NCBI GenBank assembly: GCA_965219345.1
Contig: OZ244732.1
Span: 640,001-704,000 of the forward strand
Reading direction: 5' to 3'
Origin: Nitrosopumilus sp.
GTDB lineage: Archaea; Thermoproteota; Nitrososphaeria; Nitrososphaerales; Nitrosopumilaceae
Length of the DNA stretch: 64,000 nucleotides
Numbering within the stretch: the first letter of the stretch is position 1; each line of letters opens with the position of its first letter. The notes below the pieces were generated by a model. The model was given only the letters and a program-made list of their open reading frames with translations. It was not told where the DNA came from and did no database searches. The position numbers and the translations under genes were made by a program. This document shows, one piece after another, positions 51,281-60,467 of this stretch.

Positions 51281-51660
51281 AGCGCAACAAGCTTTACAGT
51301 ACCCATGTTTCTGTTTGTCTGAAAATCTTTTGTCATTGTGGAAACTTTTTCTGCATCACCATTCATAACAAAAAGCTCCATGCATTTTTCTTTCTCAATC
51401 TTACTATGAAGATGTGTTGTAATTAGATCCTCAAAGTTATGAGTAATTCCTGAAACGACATGATCAAATTCGTCATTGTGTACAACCAAAAGAATGGCAT
51501 GAATATCTCCAGCCAAATCTGACTTTTGTTTTTCTTCAGAAACAAATGCTCTGATTCCTGCCCTGATGGCTTCAGATCTACCTGAAAATCCCATGGATGA
51601 TTGTAGCTTGTCTAGTTCTGAGAGAATTTCATCATTTAAGGAGATTGAAACTATTGGCAT
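51277..51660 (-). CDS. NikR-like ribbon-helix-helix metal-responsive regulator
   Basis: IVSISL...GFSGRSEAIR RHH domain plus C-terminal H..HLH...C.E domain. Confidence 0.85.
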   Translation of the reverse strand: MPIVSISLNDEILSELDKLQSSMGFSGRSEAIRAGIRAFVSEEKQKSDLAGDIHAILLVVHNDEFDHVVSGITHNFEDLITTHLHSKIEKEKCMELFVMNGDAEKVSTMTKDFQTNRNMGTVKLVAL

Positions 51661-51700
51661 ATGCGTAATATTATTAATTATCTTATAAGTTTAGCAATTA

Positions 51701-51735
51701 AAATTATTAAGATTTTATAGATTTATTAATAATTT
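51701..51735. promoter_or_regulatory. Inverted repeat, candidate operator of the metal ABC operon
   Basis: AAATTATTAA-N15-TTAATAATTT enclosing a TATA-like TTTTATA. Confidence 0.4.
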
Positions 51736-51750
51736 ACATTGAGCTGCTGC

Positions 51751-52656
51751 ATGAACAAACAGACTAAACTTGCAATAATGGCAATAGTTGTAGTAATTCC
51801 ATTAAGTTCTGTTGCTGTATATGGAACTGACTCGAATCAGCAATTTAGAACAACTGACAGCTCAAAACTACAAGTTATCTCATCATTTTATACGCTTCAT
51901 GAATTTTCACAAAATATTGGACAAGAAAAAGTAGATGCTACTTTACTTGTTCCAATTGGAGTTGAACCTCATGATTGGGGACCAACTATTAAAGATGTAC
52001 AAAGAATGCAAAAGTCTGATCTAATAATTATCAATGGAATTGGTTTTGAAAATTGGGTTGATAGTTTAGATGAAACTGATTACCAAGGAGTGATTATTGA
52101 CACCAGTAATGGAATTTTAGTTAAGAATTTTGGTCAAGACCATGTGACCCCTTCTGGAGATCCACACATTTGGTTGAATCCTGTTTATGCAAAAATACAA
52201 GTACAAAACATTGCCAATGCTTTTTCTAATTCAGATCCTGATAATCAACAATATTATCAGTCCAACGCAGCAAAGTACATTGAACAGTTAGATTTACTTG
52301 ATTTAAAAATTCGTAATAAATTATCTAAATGCACTCATGATTTTGTAGCTTTTCATGATGCATTTTCATATTTTGCAGATGAATATAATCTAAATCAACA
52401 TACAATTATTTCATCAAATTCCCCTCATGGAGAAGCAACGGCAAAAACATTAGAAGAAGTAATTTCTACATCCAGAGAATTAAATATTAAAGTAATTTTT
52501 AGTGAAGAGAATGTTAATACTAGAACATCTGAAATAATTGCAAATGAAATAGATGGCAAAGTCTTAGTTTTATCTACATTGGAAATTTTTTCTGATGGAA
52601 CATACATTTCTAAAATGACTGAAAATCTTAACAATCTAGAAGAGGCATTATGTTGA
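51751..52656 (+). CDS. Zn/Mn ABC transporter substrate-binding protein (ZnuA/TroA family)
   Basis: EPHD, DPHIWL and HDAFSY motifs. Confidence 0.92.
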   Translation: MNKQTKLAIMAIVVVIPLSSVAVYGTDSNQQFRTTDSSKLQVISSFYTLHEFSQNIGQEKVDATLLVPIGVEPHDWGPTIKDVQRMQKSDLIIINGIGFENWVDSLDETDYQGVIIDTSNGILVKNFGQDHVTPSGDPHIWLNPVYAKIQVQNIANAFSNSDPDNQQYYQSNAAKYIEQLDLLDLKIRNKLSKCTHDFVAFHDAFSYFADEYNLNQHTIISSNSPHGEATAKTLEEVISTSRELNIKVIFSEENVNTRTSEIIANEIDGKVLVLSTLEIFSDGTYISKMTENLNNLEEALC

Positions 52657-53372
52657 AAGTAGTTGAAATTAACAATCTCACGGTTCAATATCCCGATGTT
52701 AAAGCTCTTGACGATGTGAGTTTTGTGATCAACCAAGGAGATTTTCTAGGCATAATTGGGCCTAACGGTGCAGGCAAATCCACACTTTTTTCTTCAATGC
52801 TAGGACTTTACACAAAGTACAAAGGAACTATCAAATTTTTTGGTAAGGATATTACAAAATCAAAAAATTATCTTAAAGAAATTGGATATGTACCACAAAA
52901 ACCAATCTTTGAAAAAAATTTTCCAGTCACAGTTAATGATGTTGTAAGAATGGGATTGAGAAATGAATCTGATGAAGATAAAATTGATGAGATTTTACAG
53001 CAATTATGGATTCATGAACTAAGCAACAGAAGAATTGGTGAATTATCTGGAGGACAGCAACAACGAGTCTTTATTGCAAAAGCTTTGGTAAATAACCCAA
53101 AAATTCTGATTCTAGATGAACCTGTAATAGGAATTGATCAACAAAGTATCGAATTGTTCTATAGTATTCTCCGTGAATTAAACTCTAAACAAAAAATTAC
53201 TATTATCTGGTCTTCTCATGATTTAGATGCAGTTAATCAACTAGCAAATCATGTAGCGTGTCTAAATAGAACATTATTTTTTCATGGCGAGTCTGAAAAA
53301 TTCTTTTCTGATGATGAACTGATTAAACAATATTCTGAGGCTTCGATGCAAGAACATATGCATCATCATTAG
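52650..53372 (+). CDS. Zn/Mn ABC transporter ATPase (ZnuC-like)
   Basis: GPNGAGKS, YVPQ, LSGGQQQR and SHDL motifs; His-rich tail. Confidence 0.92.
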   Translation: MLKVVEINNLTVQYPDVKALDDVSFVINQGDFLGIIGPNGAGKSTLFSSMLGLYTKYKGTIKFFGKDITKSKNYLKEIGYVPQKPIFEKNFPVTVNDVVRMGLRNESDEDKIDEILQQLWIHELSNRRIGELSGGQQQRVFIAKALVNNPKILILDEPVIGIDQQSIELFYSILRELNSKQKITIIWSSHDLDAVNQLANHVACLNRTLFFHGESEKFFSDDELIKQYSEASMQEHMHHH

Positions 53373-53374
53373 TT

Positions 53375-54193
53375 ATGTCTCTGGAAATCCTAACTTACAG
53401 TTTTATGCATAGAGCATTAATTTCTGGAATTGCAATTGCAATTCTTTGTTCAGTTGTTGGTTTGTTTTTGGTTTTGAGACGTTATTCATTATTTGGTGAT
53501 GCAATTGCACATTCATCATTTGGTGGAATTGCATTAGGTTTGTTAGCTGGTGTCTATCCATTATGGACTGCTTATGGTGTTTCAATAGTTAGTGCACTTA
53601 TCATTACAAGAATCAAAGACAGATACAACATATCCGGTGATGCATCTATTGCAGTACTTTTATCATCAGGAATAGCAGTTGGGCTTGTAATTATCGGACT
53701 CTCAGGAGGTTTTACAATTGATATCTTTAGTTTTCTATTTGGAAGTATTCTTCTTGTTAGTGTAGATGATACTTTACTTATCTTATCATTAACTGGAGTA
53801 ATCCTAATTGTAATTTTATTACTATACAGACAAATTCTTTATTCTACATTTAATGAAGAGCAAGCAAAAGTTAGTGGAATTCCTGTGGAAAAAATGAACT
53901 ATTTGATTGTGTTCATGGCTGGAATGACTGTAGTTACATCAATTCAACTTGTAGGTGTTTTGCTAATTTCAGCTTTGTTTGTGATTCCTAATGTGACTGC
54001 AATTATGTATGGTAAAGGTTTCAAACAAACGGCTATAATTTCAATGAGTTTTTCTGTCTTCTCTGTGGTAATAGGAATTCTAATTTCTTATGTTTTTGAT
54101 ATTACTCCTGCAGGAACTATAGTTTTGCTGTCGATTGGTCTGCTTGCAGGAACTATGGTAATAAAATCCGCTAGATTATTATCTAAGAATTAA
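53375..54193 (+). CDS. Zn/Mn ABC transporter permease (ZnuB-like)
   Basis: GDAIAH, LFGSIL and VGVLL motifs. Confidence 0.92.
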   Translation: MSLEILTYSFMHRALISGIAIAILCSVVGLFLVLRRYSLFGDAIAHSSFGGIALGLLAGVYPLWTAYGVSIVSALIITRIKDRYNISGDASIAVLLSSGIAVGLVIIGLSGGFTIDIFSFLFGSILLVSVDDTLLILSLTGVILIVILLLYRQILYSTFNEEQAKVSGIPVEKMNYLIVFMAGMTVVTSIQLVGVLLISALFVIPNVTAIMYGKGFKQTAIISMSFSVFSVVIGILISYVFDITPAGTIVLLSIGLLAGTMVIKSARLLSKN

Positions 54194-56963
54194 TCAAAGA
54201 ATTTAATCTTCTTTTATCTTGTATGCTTTTTACATAGAACAATGATGTTGCAATTATTCCCAATGCTATTAGAGGTGATGCTAATTCTGTATATTTTATT
54301 TCATAATCATTTGTTGTTTGTATTTGTGATGCAATGATGGGAATCTCTGTAATCTTTACTGTTCCAATTTTGTTTGATTGCCATTCAACAAACCATACAT
54401 TGTCATTCCCATCTGATGTCATGAATTGAACAAATGATGAATTAGATGGGACTGGGATTTCTATCATATTATTGTTGTCTGGATCATATACTCCAAGATT
54501 ATCTGTTGTGTGTTGTGCAAACCAAATGTTTCCATATTTATCAAATGTCATTCCAAATGGCAAAGCTTTGTAGTGTGGAACAGAAATTTTCTCAAATGTC
54601 CCTAAAACTGGATTGAATTTGGTGATAGCCGAGCCTGCATGCTCTGCAATCCAGAGATTTCCATCACTATCAAAGAGTAATGCTTCTGGACCTTGTAGAA
54701 CTGTTTCAGTTGAAATTTGAGTTAATTCATTATCATTTGGATTAATGAATCCTATCTTGCCTGAATTAGTTGCAGTATACCAAATCCTTCCATCTGCATC
54801 AATTGCTAAAGCAAATGGTAATGATTCTGTTTCTAGTCTGATTTCTTCAAACACATCAAGTTCTGGTACATATTTTACAATTCTATCTTTGTTAATTATT
54901 GTAATCCAAATATTTCCATCAAAGTCGGCTTGAATGCCAAGTGGAGAGTTTTGTGAAATCACTGGATCTAATTCAGGAATTGTTTTTAATGTAATTTCTT
55001 TACTTTCAAGATCAATGAAACCAATCTGGTTTCTTGGAGTATCAATAAACCAAATCTTTCCTTTATTGTCTTGTGTTAGAAATGTTGTAGTAAGTCCATC
55101 AAATGAATACGAAGAAAATTCTTGTGTATCAAGTGCAAATTGCCATAATCGTGGAGCCGATGCATCACTTATCCAGATAGAATTCTTTCCATCATACAAT
55201 GGGAAAAGAGGTTTTGCATCTTCTGGTAATTCATACTCAATTACTTGGGCTTGAATGTCTGTTAGTCTAGGTTTTACGAGTAAATTCAACAATTTTGACT
55301 CATTTGCATTTTCAGTTCTTTGAGCTTCAATCTCTATTAGCCACTCTCCAGAAAATCCAAATGTTAATTCTCCTTGGAACTCGGTTGGTTTGTCCTCTTC
55401 TTGTTTGATCATTTCCATAGGAACTTCAATTGGTGAAATATTTTTTGATGGATTTGATATCTTTACTTTAACCTGGTTTGAATCATAGAGAGGTTTTCCC
55501 TCAAAGTCACTTACTCTAACTAGAATTGTGTTTGTTCCACTAGAAAATGGCAAAATATCAATAACAAATTTTGTATTTTCTGTAAATTCTAGAGTCTTAA
55601 AACCATAAACAATCTCTTGAGCATCAACTTTCTGAATTTCACCTGCTGGTAATGTTCCATTAGTTAGTAATGCAACTACTCCCAGAATAATAATTCCTAG
55701 TGCGGCATCAACTTTGAGTGATCTCTTTAGTTTTTTATGAACAGAAATTTTTCCTGATGAAAAATCCTTTTCAGCATTTTTTTGAACTTTAAACTGGAAA
55801 AATCCCCCTAAACCAATCATGGTTGCTGCAATTGAAATTTTTAAAATAATTAATTGACCATAAATTGATTCAGTAATTAACCCTACATCGTTTTCTAAGA
55901 ACCACATTAGTGCTGGTCCTGTAATTATTACAACTCCTATTGAAATGATAAATGCTATTGAGAATCTTGGAATCAGAACTAGACTCATCTTTTCTCGATT
56001 TCTTTCTTTTAGCTGAGAAAATGTTGGAAGTAATGTGAAAACAAAATAGAAAATACCTCCTATCCAAACTGCTGCAACCAAATTATGTATGTAATCTAAA
56101 ACAAGTGCTGGTGTTTCTCCACTGGCTGCACCGTGTCCAATCAGGCTTGTAGTTGTAATTAATACCAATGATGCAACAAGCATCGGAATCTGATTCTTCT
56201 TTGATAGTATTTTTCTTCTATACATTCCAAACCAAATACCAAGCAGAATTATTGTGATAATCATTCTTGCAAGCCAAACTGTTCCAAAGTAGGTTTGAAT
56301 TACATCAATTGGCGAAGTTTCTAACCTGATTGTTTGAATTGTAATCATCAGAATATCTGATATGAAGACAAGCATCAATCCTATTCCCGTAATTGACATG
56401 AATTTTCCATGATGAAATGATTCTATCTTGTCTAATTCTTCTCTGATTAGATGTTTATTCTGTGTTCCCCAAATTATCAGAGATGCAATTACGGCTCCTA
56501 AAACTATAGTTTGACCTACAAGCCCAGGAAATCTAGCTCCTGCTTCAGGTAAAAATGGAAGTCCTGATGGTCTTTCTAATTCTAACATAGAAGGATCAAT
56601 TACAACATCTCCTACTGCAAACAGAAATGCATCTGGAACAAGATGTCCATCAACTTTAGAGAGAACTTTGGTTGATACAGTGTATACTCCATCTTCTAGT
56701 GGAGGAGTTGTAACAATAAGAGATAACTCTCCATCATAGTAACTAGTGTCTTTACTATCTATTTGATTTCCATTAGTATCAAATACCTTAATTTCACTAA
56801 AGTCTATATCAACTGGTTCTGAAAAAAACACAATTACTTCCGTAGCACCAGTAAGTGCATTAGATGTTAAGCTGGGAATAGTTTCTTCTGTAAATGGATG
56901 TGCTGCTGCAAATGGAATGGATATTGATGATAAAATTAGTAAAACAATCAGAAACTTTCTCAT
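54183..56963 (-). CDS. CopC-CopD fusion with Ig-like and Vgb-type beta-propeller domains
   Basis: Mature N-terminus HP; SKVDGH (CopC); GHGA and HNLVAAVWIGG (CopD); repeated D.DG.IWF propeller blades; C-terminal TM. Confidence 0.85.
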   Translation of the reverse strand: MRKFLIVLLILSSISIPFAAAHPFTEETIPSLTSNALTGATEVIVFFSEPVDIDFSEIKVFDTNGNQIDSKDTSYYDGELSLIVTTPPLEDGVYTVSTKVLSKVDGHLVPDAFLFAVGDVVIDPSMLELERPSGLPFLPEAGARFPGLVGQTIVLGAVIASLIIWGTQNKHLIREELDKIESFHHGKFMSITGIGLMLVFISDILMITIQTIRLETSPIDVIQTYFGTVWLARMIITIILLGIWFGMYRRKILSKKNQIPMLVASLVLITTTSLIGHGAASGETPALVLDYIHNLVAAVWIGGIFYFVFTLLPTFSQLKERNREKMSLVLIPRFSIAFIISIGVVIITGPALMWFLENDVGLITESIYGQLIILKISIAATMIGLGGFFQFKVQKNAEKDFSSGKISVHKKLKRSLKVDAALGIIILGVVALLTNGTLPAGEIQKVDAQEIVYGFKTLEFTENTKFVIDILPFSSGTNTILVRVSDFEGKPLYDSNQVKVKISNPSKNISPIEVPMEMIKQEEDKPTEFQGELTFGFSGEWLIEIEAQRTENANESKLLNLLVKPRLTDIQAQVIEYELPEDAKPLFPLYDGKNSIWISDASAPRLWQFALDTQEFSSYSFDGLTTTFLTQDNKGKIWFIDTPRNQIGFIDLESKEITLKTIPELDPVISQNSPLGIQADFDGNIWITIINKDRIVKYVPELDVFEEIRLETESLPFALAIDADGRIWYTATNSGKIGFINPNDNELTQISTETVLQGPEALLFDSDGNLWIAEHAGSAITKFNPVLGTFEKISVPHYKALPFGMTFDKYGNIWFAQHTTDNLGVYDPDNNNMIEIPVPSNSSFVQFMTSDGNDNVWFVEWQSNKIGTVKITEIPIIASQIQTTNDYEIKYTELASPLIALGIIATSLFYVKSIQDKRRLNSLINS

Positions 56964-57056
56964 TTAATCTTCAGATCATCATTCATAATTTAAACAGTTT
57001 TCATATGCTCGGAATTTGTACCAATTCACGTAAAGATAATAACATGTAATCATTCT

Positions 57057-57695
57057 ATGTTAGTCGTGAAGATTGTAATTTTTGGCTTTATTGCATTATT
57101 GTTTTCCATTGGTATGATTGTACCATCTTTTGCACATACTACGGAAGAAGTTGGAGAATACAAAATTGAAGTAGGTTGGGGAATTGAACCGCCTGTTGTG
57201 GGAATTCGAAATGATATTGTCTTTAAAATTACTGAATCTGGAGAAAATGAAGGAACATACAAAGGCGTTACTAATGTCTTCAAAAATTTAGAGGCTACAG
57301 TCATGTATGGTGGTGCCACCAAAAAAATTGATATTAATTCAGATCCAAGACCAGGTTACTATTTTTCCTCTATAATTCCCACTAAAACTGGCAGTTACGT
57401 TATTGAACTAAAAGGAGAAATTGGTGGAACTCTTGTTGATGTACAGATTCCTATTGAAGATGTAGAAAGTACATCTGTTTTGGATTTTCCTCCTAAAAAC
57501 AGTGGAGGACCAACAGATCTTATTGCACTAAAAAATGCAATTTCATCGATACAACAAGATGTTTCAAAACTAAAATCTGGTGAAACTTTTGTATCATCTA
57601 ATGATGGAGAAGCATATGACTTCGCAATATTTGGATTATCAATTGCAGCAGCAGCTATTATTTTAGCCATAATTGCTTTAGTAAAAAGAAAATAG
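57057..57695 (+). CDS. Secreted membrane-anchored hypothetical protein (mature N-terminal His)
   Basis: SFA|HTT signal cleavage, VGW..EPP motif, C-terminal TM. Confidence 0.75.
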   Translation: MLVVKIVIFGFIALLFSIGMIVPSFAHTTEEVGEYKIEVGWGIEPPVVGIRNDIVFKITESGENEGTYKGVTNVFKNLEATVMYGGATKKIDINSDPRPGYYFSSIIPTKTGSYVIELKGEIGGTLVDVQIPIEDVESTSVLDFPPKNSGGPTDLIALKNAISSIQQDVSKLKSGETFVSSNDGEAYDFAIFGLSIAAAAIILAIIALVKRK

Positions 57696-57708
57696 AAAAG
57701 AGGAATTC

Positions 57709-58521
57709 CTAAAATCTTGGAACGACTCTAGATTTTGCAGTTACTGCTATGATGCTTATGATTGCAACAGCTAGTATCATCATTGCAATTGTACCAAATT
57801 CTGGGACAACTTGCTTCTCTGCTACCATACCTGTTGGTCCAGTCCAATCTTGATCATCTCCCGGAGGGCCAATACCTAAAGAAACTATCTCGATATCTAT
57901 TGGACTTTCATCAGATCCAATAACACCTATCATGTGACTTGCACCAGTCATTTCCATGGCGTGTGCAGCTTCTTTCAAGATTTGTTCACCGTTTTGCATT
58001 GCAGTAATTTCATAGTTGACGTGCATTGTGCTGAATTCAAGATTAACTTGAGTTCCACCTTCTACAACTGAGTCGGTAATTGTTACCATTAACTCTTCTT
58101 CTGCAGCTTCTGCTTCTTGTACTATGATTGTACCCTGCATCCAAACATGTATTAGACAATAGTAAGGATATTCACCTGTAGCATCTGGACTCCAATCAAA
58201 TGATTCATCTGCTTTTAGTAAACCAGAATCAAATGTACCATCTGAACTAGCAACAAAACCATCAACGGTTCCTGATGTGTATGTGTGTAGTACAGTAGTG
58301 TCGGTGTTTGTCATTGTTACAACACCACCAACATCAACTGTTGCAGTACTTGGGGTATAGCATTCATCTGTTTCCTCACATCCCGGAACACCTAGTGGAA
58401 CTGTTGATCCTGTTGCGATTGAAACTTCTGAATGATCCGCAAAAGCAGCTGGGGTTGTTGCACCTATTCCAGCTACGATAGCAAATAGTACGAAGAAAGA
58501 GCAAATTGCTTTAGTCTTCAT
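57709..58521 (-). CDS. Blue copper (cupredoxin) PEFG-CTERM protein
   Basis: HTYTSG...YYCLIHVWM type-1 Cu ligands; VVPEFG plus TM. Confidence 0.88.
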   Translation of the reverse strand: MKTKAICSFFVLFAIVAGIGATTPAAFADHSEVSIATGSTVPLGVPGCEETDECYTPSTATVDVGGVVTMTNTDTTVLHTYTSGTVDGFVASSDGTFDSGLLKADESFDWSPDATGEYPYYCLIHVWMQGTIIVQEAEAAEEELMVTITDSVVEGGTQVNLEFSTMHVNYEITAMQNGEQILKEAAHAMEMTGASHMIGVIGSDESPIDIEIVSLGIGPPGDDQDWTGPTGMVAEKQVVPEFGTIAMMILAVAIISIIAVTAKSRVVPRF

Positions 58522-58576
58522 AGATTGATTACTTGTATTGATACATAAAAACCTCACTAGAGCTCTGGAATTAGTA

Positions 58577-59488
58577 TTAATTTTTTCTAAATTGGTACAA
58601 CTTTAGAACTCCAAATGCAGGAATTCCGGCATACATTCCAATATTTAGTAGAATTAGAGATATTCCGTATCCTAACATCTCTTGTTCTGAATCAATGTCA
58701 ACATAATTCAGTAAAGACAATGACGATAACATTGGAGTTAGTGTTACTTTCACAACTTCTTTGAAAATTGGTCGCTCTCTTTCCAAATCAGCAATCATTG
58801 GTGAAAATGAATAATAGAATTGATTAAATCCAGCCATAAATGCAGTTCCGGATTCCGTTGATAAAATAGTATTATCTCTAAGTTCTCTTAATTGTTGTAC
58901 CTGTGGTGCCATCTCTGAACCAAATGTTGCAGTTGCAATAAGACAGCCACCACCTTCCTCTTCCATCATAACTTCCTCCTCCTCTTCCATCATAACTTCC
59001 GCATCCTCTTCCATCATAACTTCCTCCTCCTCTTCCATCATAACTTCCTCCTCCTCTTCCATCATAACTTCCGCATCCTCTTCCATCATAACTTCTTCAG
59101 CTACTGCTTCTTGTACTATGATCAAACCTTGCATCCAAGGATGAACCATACAGAAATAATCAAACTCACCTGCAGTGTCTGCAGTGTATTCATAAGAAGC
59201 ATCTACTGCTAAGAAACCAGAATCAAATACCTCACTTGGACCATCACTTGGATTTCCTGCTGTAAATGTGTGTGCTGCACTATCTGTGTTTGAGAATATT
59301 ATAACTTCGCCAACATTAACTGTTGCAGTATTTGGAATCCAACATCCATCCACTTCTTCACATCCTAGTACAGCAGAACCTGCTGCTGGTACAATTGTGA
59401 CTTCTGCAAAAGCAGCTGGGGTTGTTGCACCTATTCCAGCTACGATAGCAAATAGTACGAAGAAAGAGCAAATTGCTTTAGTCTTCAT
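58577..59488 (-). CDS. Blue copper (cupredoxin) protein with Met/Glu repeat linker and CFI-box-CTERM
   Basis: HTFTAG...YFCMVHPWM; GGGCLIATATFGS..LRELRD..FYYSFSP. Confidence 0.88.
   Translation of the reverse strand: MKTKAICSFFVLFAIVAGIGATTPAAFAEVTIVPAAGSAVLGCEEVDGCWIPNTATVNVGEVIIFSNTDSAAHTFTAGNPSDGPSEVFDSGFLAVDASYEYTADTAGEFDYFCMVHPWMQGLIIVQEAVAEEVMMEEDAEVMMEEEEEVMMEEEEEVMMEEDAEVMMEEEEEVMMEEEGGGCLIATATFGSEMAPQVQQLRELRDNTILSTESGTAFMAGFNQFYYSFSPMIADLERERPIFKEVVKVTLTPMLSSLSLLNYVDIDSEQEMLGYGISLILLNIGMYAGIPAFGVLKLYQFRKN
58958..59095 (-). repeat. Coding tandem repeat, 24 bp x about 6 (EVMMEE[DA/EE])
   Basis: GAAGTTATGATGGAAGAG(GATGCG/GAGGAG) units on the minus strand. Confidence 0.93.
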
Positions 59489-59545
59489 TGTACAAATTAC
59501 TTGTATTGATACATAAAAACTTCACTGGAATTCCCAGAAATGGAA

Positions 59546-60358
59546 TTAATTTTTTCTAAATTGGTACAACTTTAGAACTCCAAATGCAGGAATTCCGGCA
59601 TACATTCCAATATTTAGTAGAATTAGAGATATTCCGTATCCTAACATCTCTTGTTCTGAATCAATGTCAACATAATTCAGTAAAGACAATGATGATAACA
59701 TTGGAGTTAGTGTTACTTTCACAACTTCTTTGAAAATTGGTTGCTCTCTTTCCAAATCAGCAATCATTGGTGAAAATGAATAATAGAATTGATTAAATCC
59801 AGCCATAAATGCAGTTCCGGATTCCGTTGATAAAATAGTATTATCTCTAAGTTCTCTTAATTGTTGTACCTGTGGTGCTATCTCTGAACCAAATGTTGCA
59901 GTTGCAATAAGACAGCCACCATTTTCTCCGTTGTCAGGTGTTTCAATAGGTTGTGCATGAGCATCACCTACTATAATGTCAAAAGAAACTGTTTCTGGTG
60001 GAATTGGAGTAAATAAAATTCCTTCAACTTCAATATCTGTTGAATACACTCCTTCATCCGGAAACTCAATGGGAATATTTCCAAATCCTTCTGATGTATG
60101 CACAAATGGTTCAGGAGTAGTAAATATTATCTCTTTACTTTCATTTGAAATTTTAAGTGTATAATCAATATGTACTTGAGTCTTTTTTAATACAGGGTTG
60201 ATAAATTCTATTAATACTTTATTTAATTCACCTGGGATAATTTCGTCATAAGATATTTTCACATCTAATGCTCCTGCATCTGTTGGTAAAGTTTGGGATT
60301 CAGCATATGCTGGAATTATTAAAAGTGGAATGAATAACAATACAAATAGAAATTTCAT
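59546..60358 (-). CDS. Secreted CFI-box-CTERM protein
   Basis: Signal peptide, HIDY..HTSEG domain, GGCLIATATFGS C-terminal domain. Confidence 0.82.
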   Translation of the reverse strand: MKFLFVLLFIPLLIIPAYAESQTLPTDAGALDVKISYDEIIPGELNKVLIEFINPVLKKTQVHIDYTLKISNESKEIIFTTPEPFVHTSEGFGNIPIEFPDEGVYSTDIEVEGILFTPIPPETVSFDIIVGDAHAQPIETPDNGENGGCLIATATFGSEIAPQVQQLRELRDNTILSTESGTAFMAGFNQFYYSFSPMIADLEREQPIFKEVVKVTLTPMLSSLSLLNYVDIDSEQEMLGYGISLILLNIGMYAGIPAFGVLKLYQFRKN

Positions 60359-60467
60359 AATTCATGTTTTGGTATGATAAATAAAAATTGTCCTTTATTT
60401 TTCTAAAAAGAATTATCACGCATAGAAATTCTGTACCAGCTTTAAATATGGAATTAACATAATTTTA

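Larger units (their letters stand above)
58439..59921. repeat. Direct repeat of about 515 bp (58439-58952 and 59406-59921)
   Basis: Near-identical block containing signal-peptide coding sequence, promoter/intergenic DNA and the CFI-box-CTERM domain; offset 967-969 bp. Confidence 0.92.
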
